From contig NC_043019.1 of assembly GCF_006345805.1 (NCBI RefSeq), forward strand, positions 31,495,360 to 31,559,359: DNA of 64,000 bases. Direction: 5' to 3'. The notes below the pieces were generated by a model, which made no database searches, was not told where the DNA came from, and saw only the letters and a list, made by a program, of their open reading frames with translations. This DNA comes from Octopus sinensis (lineage: Eukaryota). The translations under genes were made by a program, and so were the position numbers. This document shows positions 13,005 through 26,285 of the stretch, one piece after another (position 1 is the first letter of the stretch; each line of letters begins with the position of its first letter).

Positions 13005-13610
13005 CTCTTTAACTGTGAAATTAAATTTCATGATTATTTCAGTAATGATGTTAAATATCTGCTAAAAAATTGAATTGCTATTTCCTGCAAGTTACATGGC
13101 CTCAATAATCTTGACCTATCTTAAATGAAAATAGTTCCAGACATGACATTCCTCGACAAAAGATAGATTGATATATAAAAATTGTCTTCTGCAGTTAAGG
13201 ATAATGAAATTTTGAATGGATACATCTGATTTCTGTAATAAAAGGGTTGAAATAAAAGTAGGAGACCTTGGATAATGTGGTTCTGAATTCAGTGTGCCTA
13301 GAAAAAAAAGTAGGACAGTCATGTTTGGATTGTGTTTGATTACAGGTTTGATGAGGTTTCTTGACCCTTAAACTGTGAAACTAGATATCGTGGTCATTCC
13401 AGTAATGATGTTAAATATCTGCCAAAAAGTAGAATTGATATTTTCTGCGAGTCATGTTACTTCAATAAACTTGACATATCTCAATGAAAAATAGTTTCAA
13501 ACATGATATTCCTCAATAAAAGATAGATTAGTTTATAAAACTACTTTCTGCAATTAAGGGTAATGAAATTTTGAGTGGATATAATCTGCTTTCTGCAGTA
13601 AAAGAATTAA
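13005..13610. mobile_element. Second copy of the TTAA-ended MITE-spacer-MITE block
   Basis: The reverse complement aligns to 4784-5810, including the ~110-bp spacer (tcaaacctgt.atcaaa.acaatccaa...agaaccacattatccaa). Confidence 0.6.
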
Positions 13611-14923
13611 TAAATGGAATGGTAATACTATCTGTGCATAAGTTCTTGTTTTTATGTTAGTAAAAATAGACAGACACTTCTGACAGATAATTTTTGTATT
13701 AGCTTCAGCTGTACATATTCTAAAGTTGAAATCATACGGAGAAGGTTAGCATGGATCCCACTCAAGAATGGCATGCAAATTTATGAAACGATCCATACTT
13801 TTAGGTGTAGACATGGTTGTGTGGTAAGAAGTTTGTTTTCAAGCCACAAGGTTCCTGGTTCAGTTTCACTGGGCTGCACCTTGAGTAGGCGTCTTTTTAC
13901 TTTCAGAAAGTTGCCAAGTCAGTCAATGAAATGAAAAGGGGTTAGAAATGTCTGAGCTAGAAAAATCTGCAGGTTGCTGGTTGGTGGGTAAAGTGAGGGC
14001 AAGGAAGGAGTTCAAGTTCAAAAGCACTTACTGAAGATAACTTGAGATGGTGTCCTGGAATGTCTTAACAGTAATTTTTTTTTTATCGTGGGTCTAGAAC
14101 TAATACCAATTGTTGATTAGTTTCTTTTGAAACTAATGCTTACCTTTTGGGCAGCTCTGTATAGAGACAGTACCATGGTCAAGTAGGTTAATCTCAGGTA
14201 TAGTTATTACTAGTTGAAAGCTATTCCCAACACCCTGTATTAGTACCTAGATAAGTATCATATTCAAGGAAAGTCTAATAGCGGTTACTTCTGATAGGAC
14301 TCTATGAAGAAGATGCCTTAGGACTCTACAGCAATGACCTCCTCAAGAATATTGGGCAGACAAGATGGCAGGATGGACCTTTTGAACTGCTTAAAAGTTA
14401 CTTTTATAGATATTTTTTACAACCTTTACTAATTGTATCCTCTCTGTATCACTTATAAAATAAATGAATTTTACTTTGTGCACCATCGTTGCTATTATGT
14501 TAAACTGCCGTATGTCTAAATTTGGCCAAATGCGTTTTTTCAATATTTATTTTTGCTTGCAATAGCTGGTTCTTTTGGTCAAATTATCGTATCTCCAGCT
14601 GCTTCAGGTGCCAAGATATCAAAAATTATCGAAGTGTAGTACAACAGTTTTATTATGGAATGGCGATACTAATTTTTCGTTTTCTGAAAAAGCAACATTT
14701 TGGACTTGTGACACTTTTACATAATAGCATTATATGTCACTTAGCGGTTCGGCAAAAGAGACCGATAGAATAAGTACTGGGCTTACAAAGAATAAGTCCC
14801 GGGGTTGAGTTGCTCGACTAAAGGTGGTGCTCCAGCATGGCCGCAGTCAAATGACTGAAACAAGTAAAAGAGTAAAAAGATATATATATATATATATATT
14901 CATATATATATATATATTTATTT

Positions 14924-15130
14924 ATGTAACCACATGTGTATCGTTGGCGATTTATTTTCTTCTGTCTTCCCTTCGTTGGATTTTTCCTTTTCCTATGTTT
15001 CTGATGAAGAGCTCTGCTCGAAACGTTAAAATCCTCCTTCTTTCTTTCCTTTCCTGAGCATCCAATAACACTATACCTGTTCCATGTCTTCGCGTTGTTG
15101 TGTTTTCTCTTTGTGTTTTCAGGTTTGGAT

Positions 15131-15134
<4 letters not shown>
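14924..15134 (+). mobile_element. Penelope-like element 3' tail (non-coding) inserted in (TA)n
   Basis: Homologous to 51171-51384 on the minus strand; both copies are flanked by (TA)n and contain a hammerhead core. Confidence 0.7.
14993..15035 (+). ncRNA. Minimal type I hammerhead ribozyme motif
   Basis: ttt-CTGATGA-A-GAGC-tct-GCTC-GAAA-CGTT-aaa: catalytic core, 4-bp stem II, palindromic ACGT stem III and a GUU cleavage triplet, as described for PLE hammerheads. Confidence 0.7.
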
Positions 15135-15166
<32 letters not shown>

Positions 15167-15499
15167 CATCAAATTAATGATGTAAACTGGAGTAAATTAT
15201 GAAACAACTGTAACCACTATGAAAATATCAATATTTTTTGCCTTTCACATCTGTTTTTTTTTTAGTCTACTACTGTCTTTACTTCCAATAGGAAATACTT
15301 TTTTATGATTAATACCACAGTGTTGTGGCTTTCATACAATATATCTACATTAAGTAAGATATACAGAATACTGTTCTGAACTAATACTTCTTCCATCACT
15401 AATAACAGATATGGGTTGTGTGTGTGTGTGTGAAAAGTTAGTACCTTCCAGAAACTTTGTCAATTCATGTGATTTATAATTGTTTTCTTTGTCTTACAG

Positions 15500-15558
15500 G
15501 TGTCTGCCATTATTCCAGAGTTATTGAAAATGCATCAGAAACAGCCAATTTTGATGAG
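15500..15558 (+). CDS. OTOF: Otoferlin-like ferlin, C2A domain exon (coding exon 2): (G)VCHYSRVIENASETANFDE
   Basis: Flanked by ttgtcttacag / gtatgt; 59 nt, phase 1 to 0. The peptide matches, from memory, vertebrate otoferlin [20 protein letters not shown] and joins in frame to the exon at 41067. Confidence 0.9.
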
Positions 15559-15694
15559 GTATGTATATTTCCTGCATTTATCCATATCAAATTTTCTGTC
15601 ATTGTTTATTCTCAGGTCTACAAAGTATTAGTGGCAGCTTTAACTCGTATCCAAGCAGTTAATCTGTAGCCAGTGATTAAGCCTCTTCATCTTG

Positions 15695-16080
15695 ATAGGT
15701 GAAGAAGGGTGCTGATGTGAAGGATGTCTGTGTGAAAGGTGCTGGTGTGAAGGGTGTGGGTGTGAAGTGCTCAGAAGTGAAGGGTGCTGGTATGAAGGTT
15801 GCTGGTGTGAAGGGTGCCGATGTGAAGGTGCATGTGTGAAGGTTGCTAATCTGAAAGGTGCCAGTCTGAAGGCTGCTAGGGTGAAGGGTACCAGTGTGAA
15901 GGGCGCTGGTGTGAAGGGGTACCTGGGTGAAGGGTGTGGGTGTGAAGAGTGTGGGTGTGAAGAGTTCAGAGGTGAAGGGTGCCGGTGTGAAGGTACATGT
16001 GTGAAGGTTGCTAATCTGAAGGGTGCCAGTGTGAAAGATGCTGGTGTAAAGGGTACTTGAGTGAAGGGTGCCAGTGCCTA
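15695..16080. repeat. Degenerate 15-bp minisatellite (GTGTGAAGGGTGCTG)n
   Basis: About 25 units. The minus strand reads FTPAP-like repeats and the plus strand reads ANLKG/ASVKG pentapeptide-like repeats. Confidence 0.85.
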
Positions 16081-17396
16081 ATTTAACATAACCATCTAAC
16101 ATCTGGATTTCCTCAAGAGAGCATTCGAACCTGGCCTCTGATCTGTGAACAACTTCTGCCAGTCTTAGAGGTCCTGAAAATTGAGATAAGTTTTGCCCAT
16201 CTTCCACTGACAACCTCTAGCTTACGGGGATATAAACACATCAGCACCAGTTGTCAAGTGGTGGTGAGGGACAAAAAAAGACACACACACACACACACAT
16301 ATATGTACATATATACAACAGGCTTTTTTCATTTTCCATCTACCCAACCCACTTAAAAGGCTTTTGTTGGCCTGAGGCTGTAGTAGAAGACACTTGCCCA
16401 AAATGCCATGCTGTGGGACTGAATCTAGAACCATGTGGTTTAGAAGCAAACTTCTCACCACACAGCCACTCCTACATGTATTATTGTTGTTTCTTAATGA
16501 ACTTACATGTTAATGTGCCTTTGACAGACTATATGTGGTTCAGTTGTGACAATGGAGCTGCTAATGAATTTGAATAGCTGAGCACTCCACATAGTTCTCA
16601 GGGAGATTCAGCGTGACACAGAATGTGACAAGGCTGGCCCTTTGAAATCCAGGTACAACTCATTATTGCCAGCTGAGTGGCCTGGAACAATGTGAAATAA
16701 AGTGTCTTGCTCAAGGACATAATGCTCTGCTGGAAATTGAACTTATCACTTTACAGTTGTGAGCAGAATACTCTAACTGCTAAAGCAAGCAACATTACTT
16801 AGAGTTCCACTAATGTGGTACAATGAAACTTTGTTGAAAATTTTAGGAAATCTCCATTTAAGGTTCTTGGGTCACTAGCGTAGCTAGAGTGTGTGCTACC
16901 CAGATCGGCCCTTCAGTTTTCCACCTCTAGGTCCTGCAAAAAAATACATATAGCCTACAGCAGACCCAAAAGTGGTGCTGCCCTCAAAAAACTTCTGCCC
17001 TCTCCAGCTACGCTAGTGTCCTGGGTGAACATGCACACAATCACATTTACATATGGAATGCATATACATACACAAACAGAAATAGTAAGTAAACAATAAG
17101 AGGGTATATATGCATGTGTTGTATTGTGACATACACAGCCATGGTTGTAAGTTTATCTACATGGACACACACATATATACAATGTGCACATATGTGTGCA
17201 TGCATTGACCAATTCTGGTAACCGCAAACTCCAAGAGCTGACTCGATTTATGCAAAAGAGATTTGCCACTTTGTTAGTGACTGGCTTGGATTCTACAAAG
17301 GCAGTAAAAAAGCAATTAAAATAAACCTCAAAGAAACATACATGCATGAATCCTGCCATACATACATATATACATACACACATTCATACATCCATG

Positions 17397-17431
<35 letters not shown>

Positions 17432-17779
17432 GCACACACATACACGCTGCCTAAATACCAGCCTTGAGAAATTAGGCTTCTCAAAACCAGAAAGGAGAAA
17501 GCTGATTCAATGACTACAGATCCAATCCAACACTGGAACTGTAAAGATCTGTTAAACTTCCCAGATGTTTATCATTTAAGTATATATGAGCATATCTAGA
17601 CATGCAACTATATGCATGAGAATACATACATTAACCAAAATATACAAATCTACACATATACATACATAGATACAAAAATACCATGTTGATGTTATTGAAA
17701 TGCCAATGAAGGAGTCTTGGAACTAGGTCAGAAATGGTCTCATTCTTTACTGGCAAGAAATCTTGAAATAAAACAGAAT

Positions 17780-18380
17780 AATGACACACATACATACATA
17801 CATACATACATACATACATACATACATACATACATACATACATACATGCATGCATGCATGCATGCATGCATGCATGCATACATACTACATACATACATAC
17901 ATACATACATACATACATACATACATACATGCATGCATGCATGCATGCATGCATGCATGCATACATACATACATACATACATACATACATACATGCATAC
18001 ACACACACACACACACACACACACCACACACACACACACACACACGTTCTGAATTGAAATGGAAAGACAGGAAAGGTACAGATACAGTTGAAGAGGAAAA
18101 AGAGAAACTAAGAAAGAGAGACAGAGAGAAACTGAGGAAAGAGAGAGAGTGAAACAGATCGAGACTGAGAAGAGAAAGAGAGAGGGAGAGACTGAGGAAA
18201 AGAGAGAGAGACTTAGAGAGAAAGTAACAGAGAGAGACTGGGAAAGAGAGAGAGTGAGAGAGAGAAACTGAGAAAGAGAGGGAGGGTAAGAGAGAAAGAC
18301 TGAGAAGGAGAAAGTGAGAGGGAGAGATACTGAAAGGAGAGAGAGGGAGACACTGAGAAAAAGAAAGAGAGAGAGAGAGG
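17780..18380. repeat. (CATA)n/(CATG)n/(CA)n block followed by a GA-rich degenerate repeat
   Basis: Directly visible simple repeats; source of several spurious ORFs. Confidence 0.9.
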
Positions 18381-18855
18381 TGGGATAAACAGCCATGATG
18401 TTCAAAATGGATTAAATTTCAGAAAACAAAACATTATTTAGTGTTGTATGGCAGAAGAGGAGCAGAGAAGAGACAAAGGTTAGCACAAAAGGACATTGCA
18501 AAGTAAAAGAAGATACAAGATAATTCAAATGAGATGCAAAGATGGCAAATGAGGAGGTTCGGAGTGGTGGGGGTGGGGTGGTGGAGCTTATGTCTTACGT
18601 ATATATGAATGCTTAGATATCGATGGAGATGTATGGAGATGGATGGATGGATAGAAAATGAACCCAAGTTGGCACAGGAATATATACTTACTGAATATAG
18701 AAAGAAAAACAAACATAAAGAAAGATACAGGCACACACATGTGTGTATGTTCACACATGCATATCAGTATGAACATATTCAAATACACATATGCATATAC
18801 ATACACACACACATATATATATACATTCATACATACAAACATTATATATATATAT

Positions 18856-18894
<39 letters not shown>

Positions 18895-19236
18895 ATAAAC
18901 TAATATACATATATGTATGATATAATGATTTAATGTGTGTTTGTGTATTTATATATATATATTTATACACAAATATATATATATACATACCTATGTATGT
19001 ATTTGTATATATATATCATATCATTAAATTATATTATATATATATAATATACATACATATATATATCTACGCACACACATATATATATTATATACATATA
19101 CAAATCAATACACTTAAATGCATATACACACATATTTAAGTATATACATACATATACACACATACATAAGAACATATATATGCCTTTCTGTGCACAAAGG
19201 TGTTCATATACACGCACATTGTATACACAATAAGCA

Positions 19237-19277
<41 letters not shown>

Positions 19278-19279
<2 letters not shown>

Positions 19280-19697
19280 CACATCCATATGCATAGACAA
19301 CATATACATGAATGTATGCATATTTACACTCACATATGTAGATACGCAGGAAGATATTAAAATGAATGTATTTTCAATGCAATTAATAATGATATTAAAA
19401 ATATTAATGAAGAAAAGAAAATAAAGTATGACATTTAAGATGAAACAGATGAAATAAATTAGAGTGAAAGATTACATAAGTTAAAATGAGAAATAATTAG
19501 CTATATAGGGAAAACATAACATTATGAAATCATGTAAGCAAGTTAATCTGTTCCTATATACTTTTCCTTTTCAAATTTCTTCATCTTATTATTATTCTTG
19601 CTTGTGTTATTATCTTTCAGTTTGTGAATAGTAAAACAATTTCTATGCCTTCCTTTATGATAATTAGAAAAGATAACTGCAAATAAATGTTGGTGGT

Positions 19698-19745
<48 letters not shown>

Positions 19746-19757
19746 GAATAATAATAT

Positions 19758-19817
<60 letters not shown>

Positions 19818-21391
19818 TAGAATTATAATCTCATGCTTCATTTTGAGCAGAGAACTTGGATCAGCTTTTATAATTTCCAGTGCTTCTGATGTACATAAAT
19901 GACAATCCTATTACTCTCCCTGGTATTACCTTGTGCATTTAGAATAGAATATTCCAAGCTATATTTTATGCACTCCTATTTCAAATTAAGAACGTATTTA
20001 GCAAGAGAAGTTGAATTTTTAAAGTTCTCTATTAAAAATGTGATGACAGTGCAAATCACATATATTTTTTCAAAAATTTACAGTAAATCCAATATAAAAT
20101 TTAGAGACACTAAAATATGAGTTTTAATATTATATTTATAGACTATATTTTTATGCTGACAATATTCTTTTAATGGGTAATTTTATGCTACTCTACAATT
20201 ACAAAGAAGATTATTAAAACTATTTAAGCTTATGTTTTAAGTCGAGTGAATTAGTGTTTGAATTAATACCAGAATAAATCTTGTTTCTGTTTTACATTTT
20301 AATTCTTGTTCTTTTTTATATTATTATTGCCATTATAATTGCAATAGTTATTTTTATTATTAGAAATATTATTAAAGTTATTAATATTTGAGTTGGCAGA
20401 ATCGATGGCATGCCAAACAAAATGCTTAGTTGCATTTTGTCCGTCTCTACATTCTGAGTACAAATTTTGCTGACATCAACTTTGCCACTTTGCTTTTCAT
20501 CTTTTGGGTGTCGATGAAATAGCTACCAATAGACCAATAGATTAGACATGCTCTCACAGAATACTGGAAATCAATGACACTGCTTGTATGACAGTGCCAT
20601 TCGTTTACAACTATCATGCAATGTGAAGTGAAGGAGACACAAACACACACTTACTCATACACACATATACATATACATGTGTATATACACACACACACAC
20701 ACAAACACATGCACATATATATATATATTTGGTGACCCTGTCAATGTTATTACAACATAAAATTCACTGGTGCTGGTACCATGTAAAAAGCACTGAAACA
20801 CTCTGTAAAGCAGTTGACATTAGGAAGGGTATCAAGCTGTAAAACCCATGATAAAATAGACAATGGAGCCTGGCATGGTTCCTGGCCTCTGCCAGCTTCT
20901 GTCAAACAGACATTAAAAGGTGATGATGATGATATATATATATATATATTATATATATATATATATATATAACACATCCATATGCATAGACAACATATAC
21001 ATGAATGTATGCATATTTACACTCACATATGTAGATACGCAGGAAGATATTAAAATGAATGTATTTTCAATGCAATTAATAATGATATTAAAAATATTAA
21101 TGAAGAAAAGAAAATAAAGTATGACATTTAAGATGAAACAGATGAAATAAATTAGAGTGAAAGATTACATAAGTTAAAATGAGAAATTAATTAGCTATAT
21201 AGGGAAAACATAACATTATGAAATCATGTAAGCAAGTTAATCTGTTCCTATATACTTTTCCTTTTCAAATTTCTTCATCTTATTATTATTCTTGCTTGTG
21301 TTATTATCTTTCAGTTTGTGAATAGTAAAACAATTTCTATGCCTTCCTTTATGATAATTAGAAAAGATAACTGCAAATAAATGTTGGTGGT

Positions 21392-21439
<48 letters not shown>

Positions 21440-22600
21440 GAATAATAATATATTAATAATAATAATAATAATAATATAATAATAATAATAATAATAATAA
21501 TTATTAGAATTATAATCTCATGCTTCATTTTGAGCAGAGAACTTGGATCAGCTTTTATAATTTCCAGTGCTTCTGATGTACATAAATGACAATCCTATTA
21601 CTCTCCCTGGTATTACCTTGTGCATTTAGAATAGAATATTCCAAGCTATATTTTATGCACTCCTATTTCAAATTAAGAACGTATTTAGCAAGAGAAGTTG
21701 AATTTTTAAAGTTCTCTATTAAAAATGTGATGACAGTGCAAATCACATATATTTTTTCAAAAATTTACAGTAAATCCAATATAAAATTTAGAGACACTAA
21801 AATTATGAGTTTTAATATTATATTTATAGACTATATTTTTATGCTGACAATATTCTTTTAATGGGTAATTTTATGCTACTCTACAATTACAAAGAAGATT
21901 ATTAAAACTATTTAAGCTTATGTTTTAAGTCGAGTGAATTAGTGTTTGAATTAATACCAGAAATCTTGTTTCTGTTTTACATTTTAATTCTTGTTCTTTT
22001 TTATATTATTATTGCCATTATAATTGCAATAGTTATTTTTATTATTAGAAATATTATTAAAGTTATTAATATTTGAGTTGGCAGAATCGATGGCATGCCA
22101 AACAAAATGCTTAGTTGCATTTTGTCCGTCTCTACATTCTGAGTACAAATTTTGCTGACATCAACTTTGCCACTTTGCTTTTCATCTCTTGGGTGACGAT
22201 GAAATAGCTACCACTTGACCAATAGGTTAGACATGTTCTCACAGAATATTGGAAATGAATGACACTGCTTGTATGACAGTGCCATTCGTTTACAACTATC
22301 ATGCAATGTGAAGTGAATGAGACACAAACACACACTCACTCATACACATGCGTACATATACACAAACACACACACAAACTCATGCTCATATATATATATT
22401 TGGTGACCCTGTCAATGTTATTACAACATAAAATTCACTGGTGCTGGTACCATGTAAAAAGCACTGAAACACTCTGTAAAGCAGTTGACATTAGGAAGGG
22501 TATCAAGCTGTAAAACCCATGATAAAATAGACAATGGAGCCTGGCATGGTTCCTGGCCTCTGCCAGCTTCTGTCAAACAGACATTAAAAGGTGATGATGA

Positions 22601-22630
<30 letters not shown>
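19278..22630. repeat. Direct tandem duplication, period ~1.68 kb
   Basis: aacacatccatatgcatagac occurs at 19278 and 20961. Each unit carries an (AAT)n tract, a SINE-B fragment and an RTE-tail SINE; the junctions lie in (TA)n. Confidence 0.95.
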
Positions 22631-22631
<1 letters not shown>

Positions 22632-23260
22632 CTTTTCTTTTATTCTTTTACTTGTTTCAGTCATTTGACTGTGGCCATGCTGGAGCACCGCCTTTAGTCG
22701 AGCAAATCGACTCCAAGACTTATTCTTTGTAAGCCTACTTATTCTATCGGTTCCCTTTTGCCGAACCACTAAGTTACGAGGGCGTAAACACACCAGCATC
22801 AGTTGTCAAGTGATGTTGGGGGTGGGGGACAAACACAGATACACAAACATATAAACACACATACATATATAGGATGGGCTTCTTTTAGTTTCCGTCTACC
22901 AAATCCGCTCACAAGACTTTGGTCAGCCCGAGGCCATAGAAGAAGACACTTGCCCAAGGTGCCATGCAGTGGGATTGAACCCGGAACAATGTGGTAGGTA
23001 AGCAAGCTGCTTACCACACAGCCATTCCTACACCTATGTATATATATATGTCTCTATGTATGTATATATGTATGTATGTATTGATATATATGCATGTATA
23101 TGATAAGCTTCTTTCAGTTTCTGTCTATAAGGCTTTTATTGGCCCAGGGCTGTTGTACAAGACATTTGCCCTAGGTGCAACGCAGTGGGCTTGAACTCAA
23201 AAACCATATGGTTGGTAAGCAAATGTCTTACCACACAGCCATACTTATGGCTATGCACAC

Positions 23261-23300
<40 letters not shown>

Positions 23301-23780
23301 TATGCAGATAGTTTGTTGCTAGCTATCTAAATATTAATGCTAACTTCAAACGTTCATCTTGTAGTTCATTTTCCAGTTTGTCTTTCTAATACCATTCTTG
23401 TTAACCACTCAAGGTTACACGAACCAGAGCAAGCTAATAATGGGTCGGCACCACCTGAAAGAAATTATGTCTGCCAATCACATGATGAATGTCTTTCTAT
23501 TGATAACCTGAAGAGATACAAGTCCATACACAATGGCAATTGTTAACATTCGGCATTGCTGCATTTAACTTACAATGGATATTCATGTAATAGTAAAAGC
23601 TACAAATTATCACCTAGGCTAAAAAGCCATCTTAGCTTTGAACATTAAGAAGCAGTGCTCATCTTTATTATGAAGCTGACTCCTGTGATGTATTTAGATA
23701 TAATTATATATATGTATATTTACATACATACATACATATATATGTATATATATATATATGTATGTATATATATGTATATA

Positions 23781-23881
<101 letters not shown>

Positions 23882-24431
23882 GTCATGCAGTTATCACAGT
23901 AAGCTCTTCATTGGAATTGGCTATCAGTCTACATTGTAATAAATGTCAATATAATGTAATCTGTTCTTGTAACCAAATAATCCAGAAAATCTAAATGATA
24001 AATTTTTCAATGAGGATTAAATAAAACATAATATCAGGAGGTATGAGAGGTGAAGATAGATATATTTTTCCACATGACTTTGATGTGGTTATAGCTGTTT
24101 TGTAACTTTTTTCATGTAGTATTAATGTACATATTTGCTGAGACACCCTACAGGTGGTGGCGGCGGTGGTGAAGAATAAACATAGACACAAAGAGGCATA
24201 CACATAATTATACATATACATAATATATATGATGAGTGTCTTTCAGTTTCCATCTACAAAATCCACTCACAAGGCTTTGGTCAGCCCGAGGCTATAGTAG
24301 AAGGCACTTACCCAAGGTGCCATGCAGTGGGACTGAACCCAGAACCATATGGTTGGTAAGCAAGCTACTTACCACACAGCCATGCCTATCCTATAAGAAT
24401 TTCATAGCTTACTACATGAATAATAAACCTA

Positions 24432-24938
24432 TATGAGGAGATTCTGTAAAGTTCCTTGCTTTAAGGGTATCATGAAAGGCTTGATTGAAGGCCCAACACT
24501 CAAAGTTCTTTTATAGTTCTTAGAAAAACTAAAGGACCACTGCAATAAGGGTGTGACTCTGAGAGGGGAATGTGTTGAGTAAAATCATAATTCACTGATC
24601 CTCCTGTATTTTCTTTTACCCAAAGCCTGGGACATTTCAGCAGTCCCTTGTATGTGTGGGTGTGTGTGTGTGTGTTGTGTGTGTGTTTGTGTGTGTGTGT
24701 TTGTGTGTGTATACATACACAAGAGGATGTTGAAAAGTTCCTGGTTTTAAAGGTATTGAGGAAAGCCTGGTTGGAGGCCCAACCGTCCAAGTTCTTTCAT
24801 AGGGCTTAGAAAAACTGAATGACTGCTGTCATAACTGTGTGAATCTGTGAGGGGAATATATTGGATAGCATCATGATTAACTGATCTTCCTGTATTTTCT
24901 TCTACCCAAGGCCAGGAACTCTTGAGCACTTCCTTGTA
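24432..24938. mobile_element. Two adjacent ~220-bp mariner-derived MITEs (third copy at 52033-52253)
   Basis: TIRs of ~28 bp like tatgagggg..gctgaaaagttcctggc with TA ends. The interior resembles a mariner transposase C-terminus (GLEKL...KCV.LRG.Y.E*). Confidence 0.75.
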
Positions 24939-25947
24939 CAATTCATCTAATATTGTGATACAGCAGATAGATTGACAAATTCAAAAATACGGAAAATATC
25001 TAAGAACCCATTACTTAGAAAAGAATCATGTTAGATATATGGTTGAAGAAATTTCTGTCAAATACTCATCGAACAAAAGGGTTATATCCATCATGTGTTG
25101 AAAAGCTTAATAAAAAGGTTAATCAACAGATATGGAATACACAAAGAGAGAAAGTGTACTTGTGATAGGAAAATAAATGGAATTGTTTCGGATGATTTCA
25201 GATGCATTTCAATATACTGGGTTTGTCGGAAATAAGAAGTATGTAAGGATTTCTTCACCAGTGATTAATGGATGCAGTGAGAAGAAAAATGTAACTGAGA
25301 GTGATGGATGGTGAGATCATACAATCAATAAATAATAGGCAAGAAAGTAGTAGAATTCAGGAATTGGTAAACATTGTTAAACCAGATTACTGGATCATTG
25401 ATGAAATTGTTGTACCCTGAAAAGTAGCAAAAGAATGATAAGATGAATTCTATAAGCAATTTCATCATAGGATCTATAAAAATGACTTCTTGGATTATGT
25501 TGAAAATGTTACATAATAAGTTCTTAGCAACAAAAAGAAAATAATATCATTGATGCCATTGCTCAAAGACCTGCTGCAGATGGAGAAACAGGATTTTCCA
25601 TGATGAACATTATATATTCTGATAAAAGAAATCCCCTTGAAGTATAAGAATTTGGCAAATCTTATGGTGATTAATTTTTATCAACTTTCCATTAAAGTTA
25701 TGCGATTGCATGGATTTTATTACAAATGTGGCATAAGGAAATATAATAAGATAAAGTAAAAGATAGAATCAATGAAAAAATATGATGAAAATCAAGATTC
25801 AGTTTGGAAATATTTGAAGTGTGATGATAAATAAAAGTATCATATGATATAAAAATCAATGTTGCTTGCTTTGTTTCTCTGTGTGGACATGTATGTTTGT
25901 GCATGTGTGTATATATATATATATATCTATATATATATATATATATG

Positions 25948-25996
<49 letters not shown>

Positions 25997-26251
25997 TGTA
26001 TGTATGTATGTATGTATGTATGTATGTATGTATGTATGCATGCATGCATGCATGCATGCATGTATGCACACACAAACATACATGCACACAGAAAAACAAA
26101 ACAAGCAACACTCACACACACACACACACATATATATATATACATATATATATACATGAATATATATGTATGTGTGTTTGTATACACATATATGTACATT
26201 TATATATGTGTATGTGCAAGCATATATGTATATGTGTATATATATATATAT

Positions 26252-26285
<34 letters not shown>

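Noticed and set aside
15559-15669. Alternative terminal exon via the acceptor at 15615 (VYKVLVAALTRIQAVNL*)
   Set aside because: It would need a 57-nt intron, has no homology to ferlins and would truncate C2A. No evidence beyond an AG.
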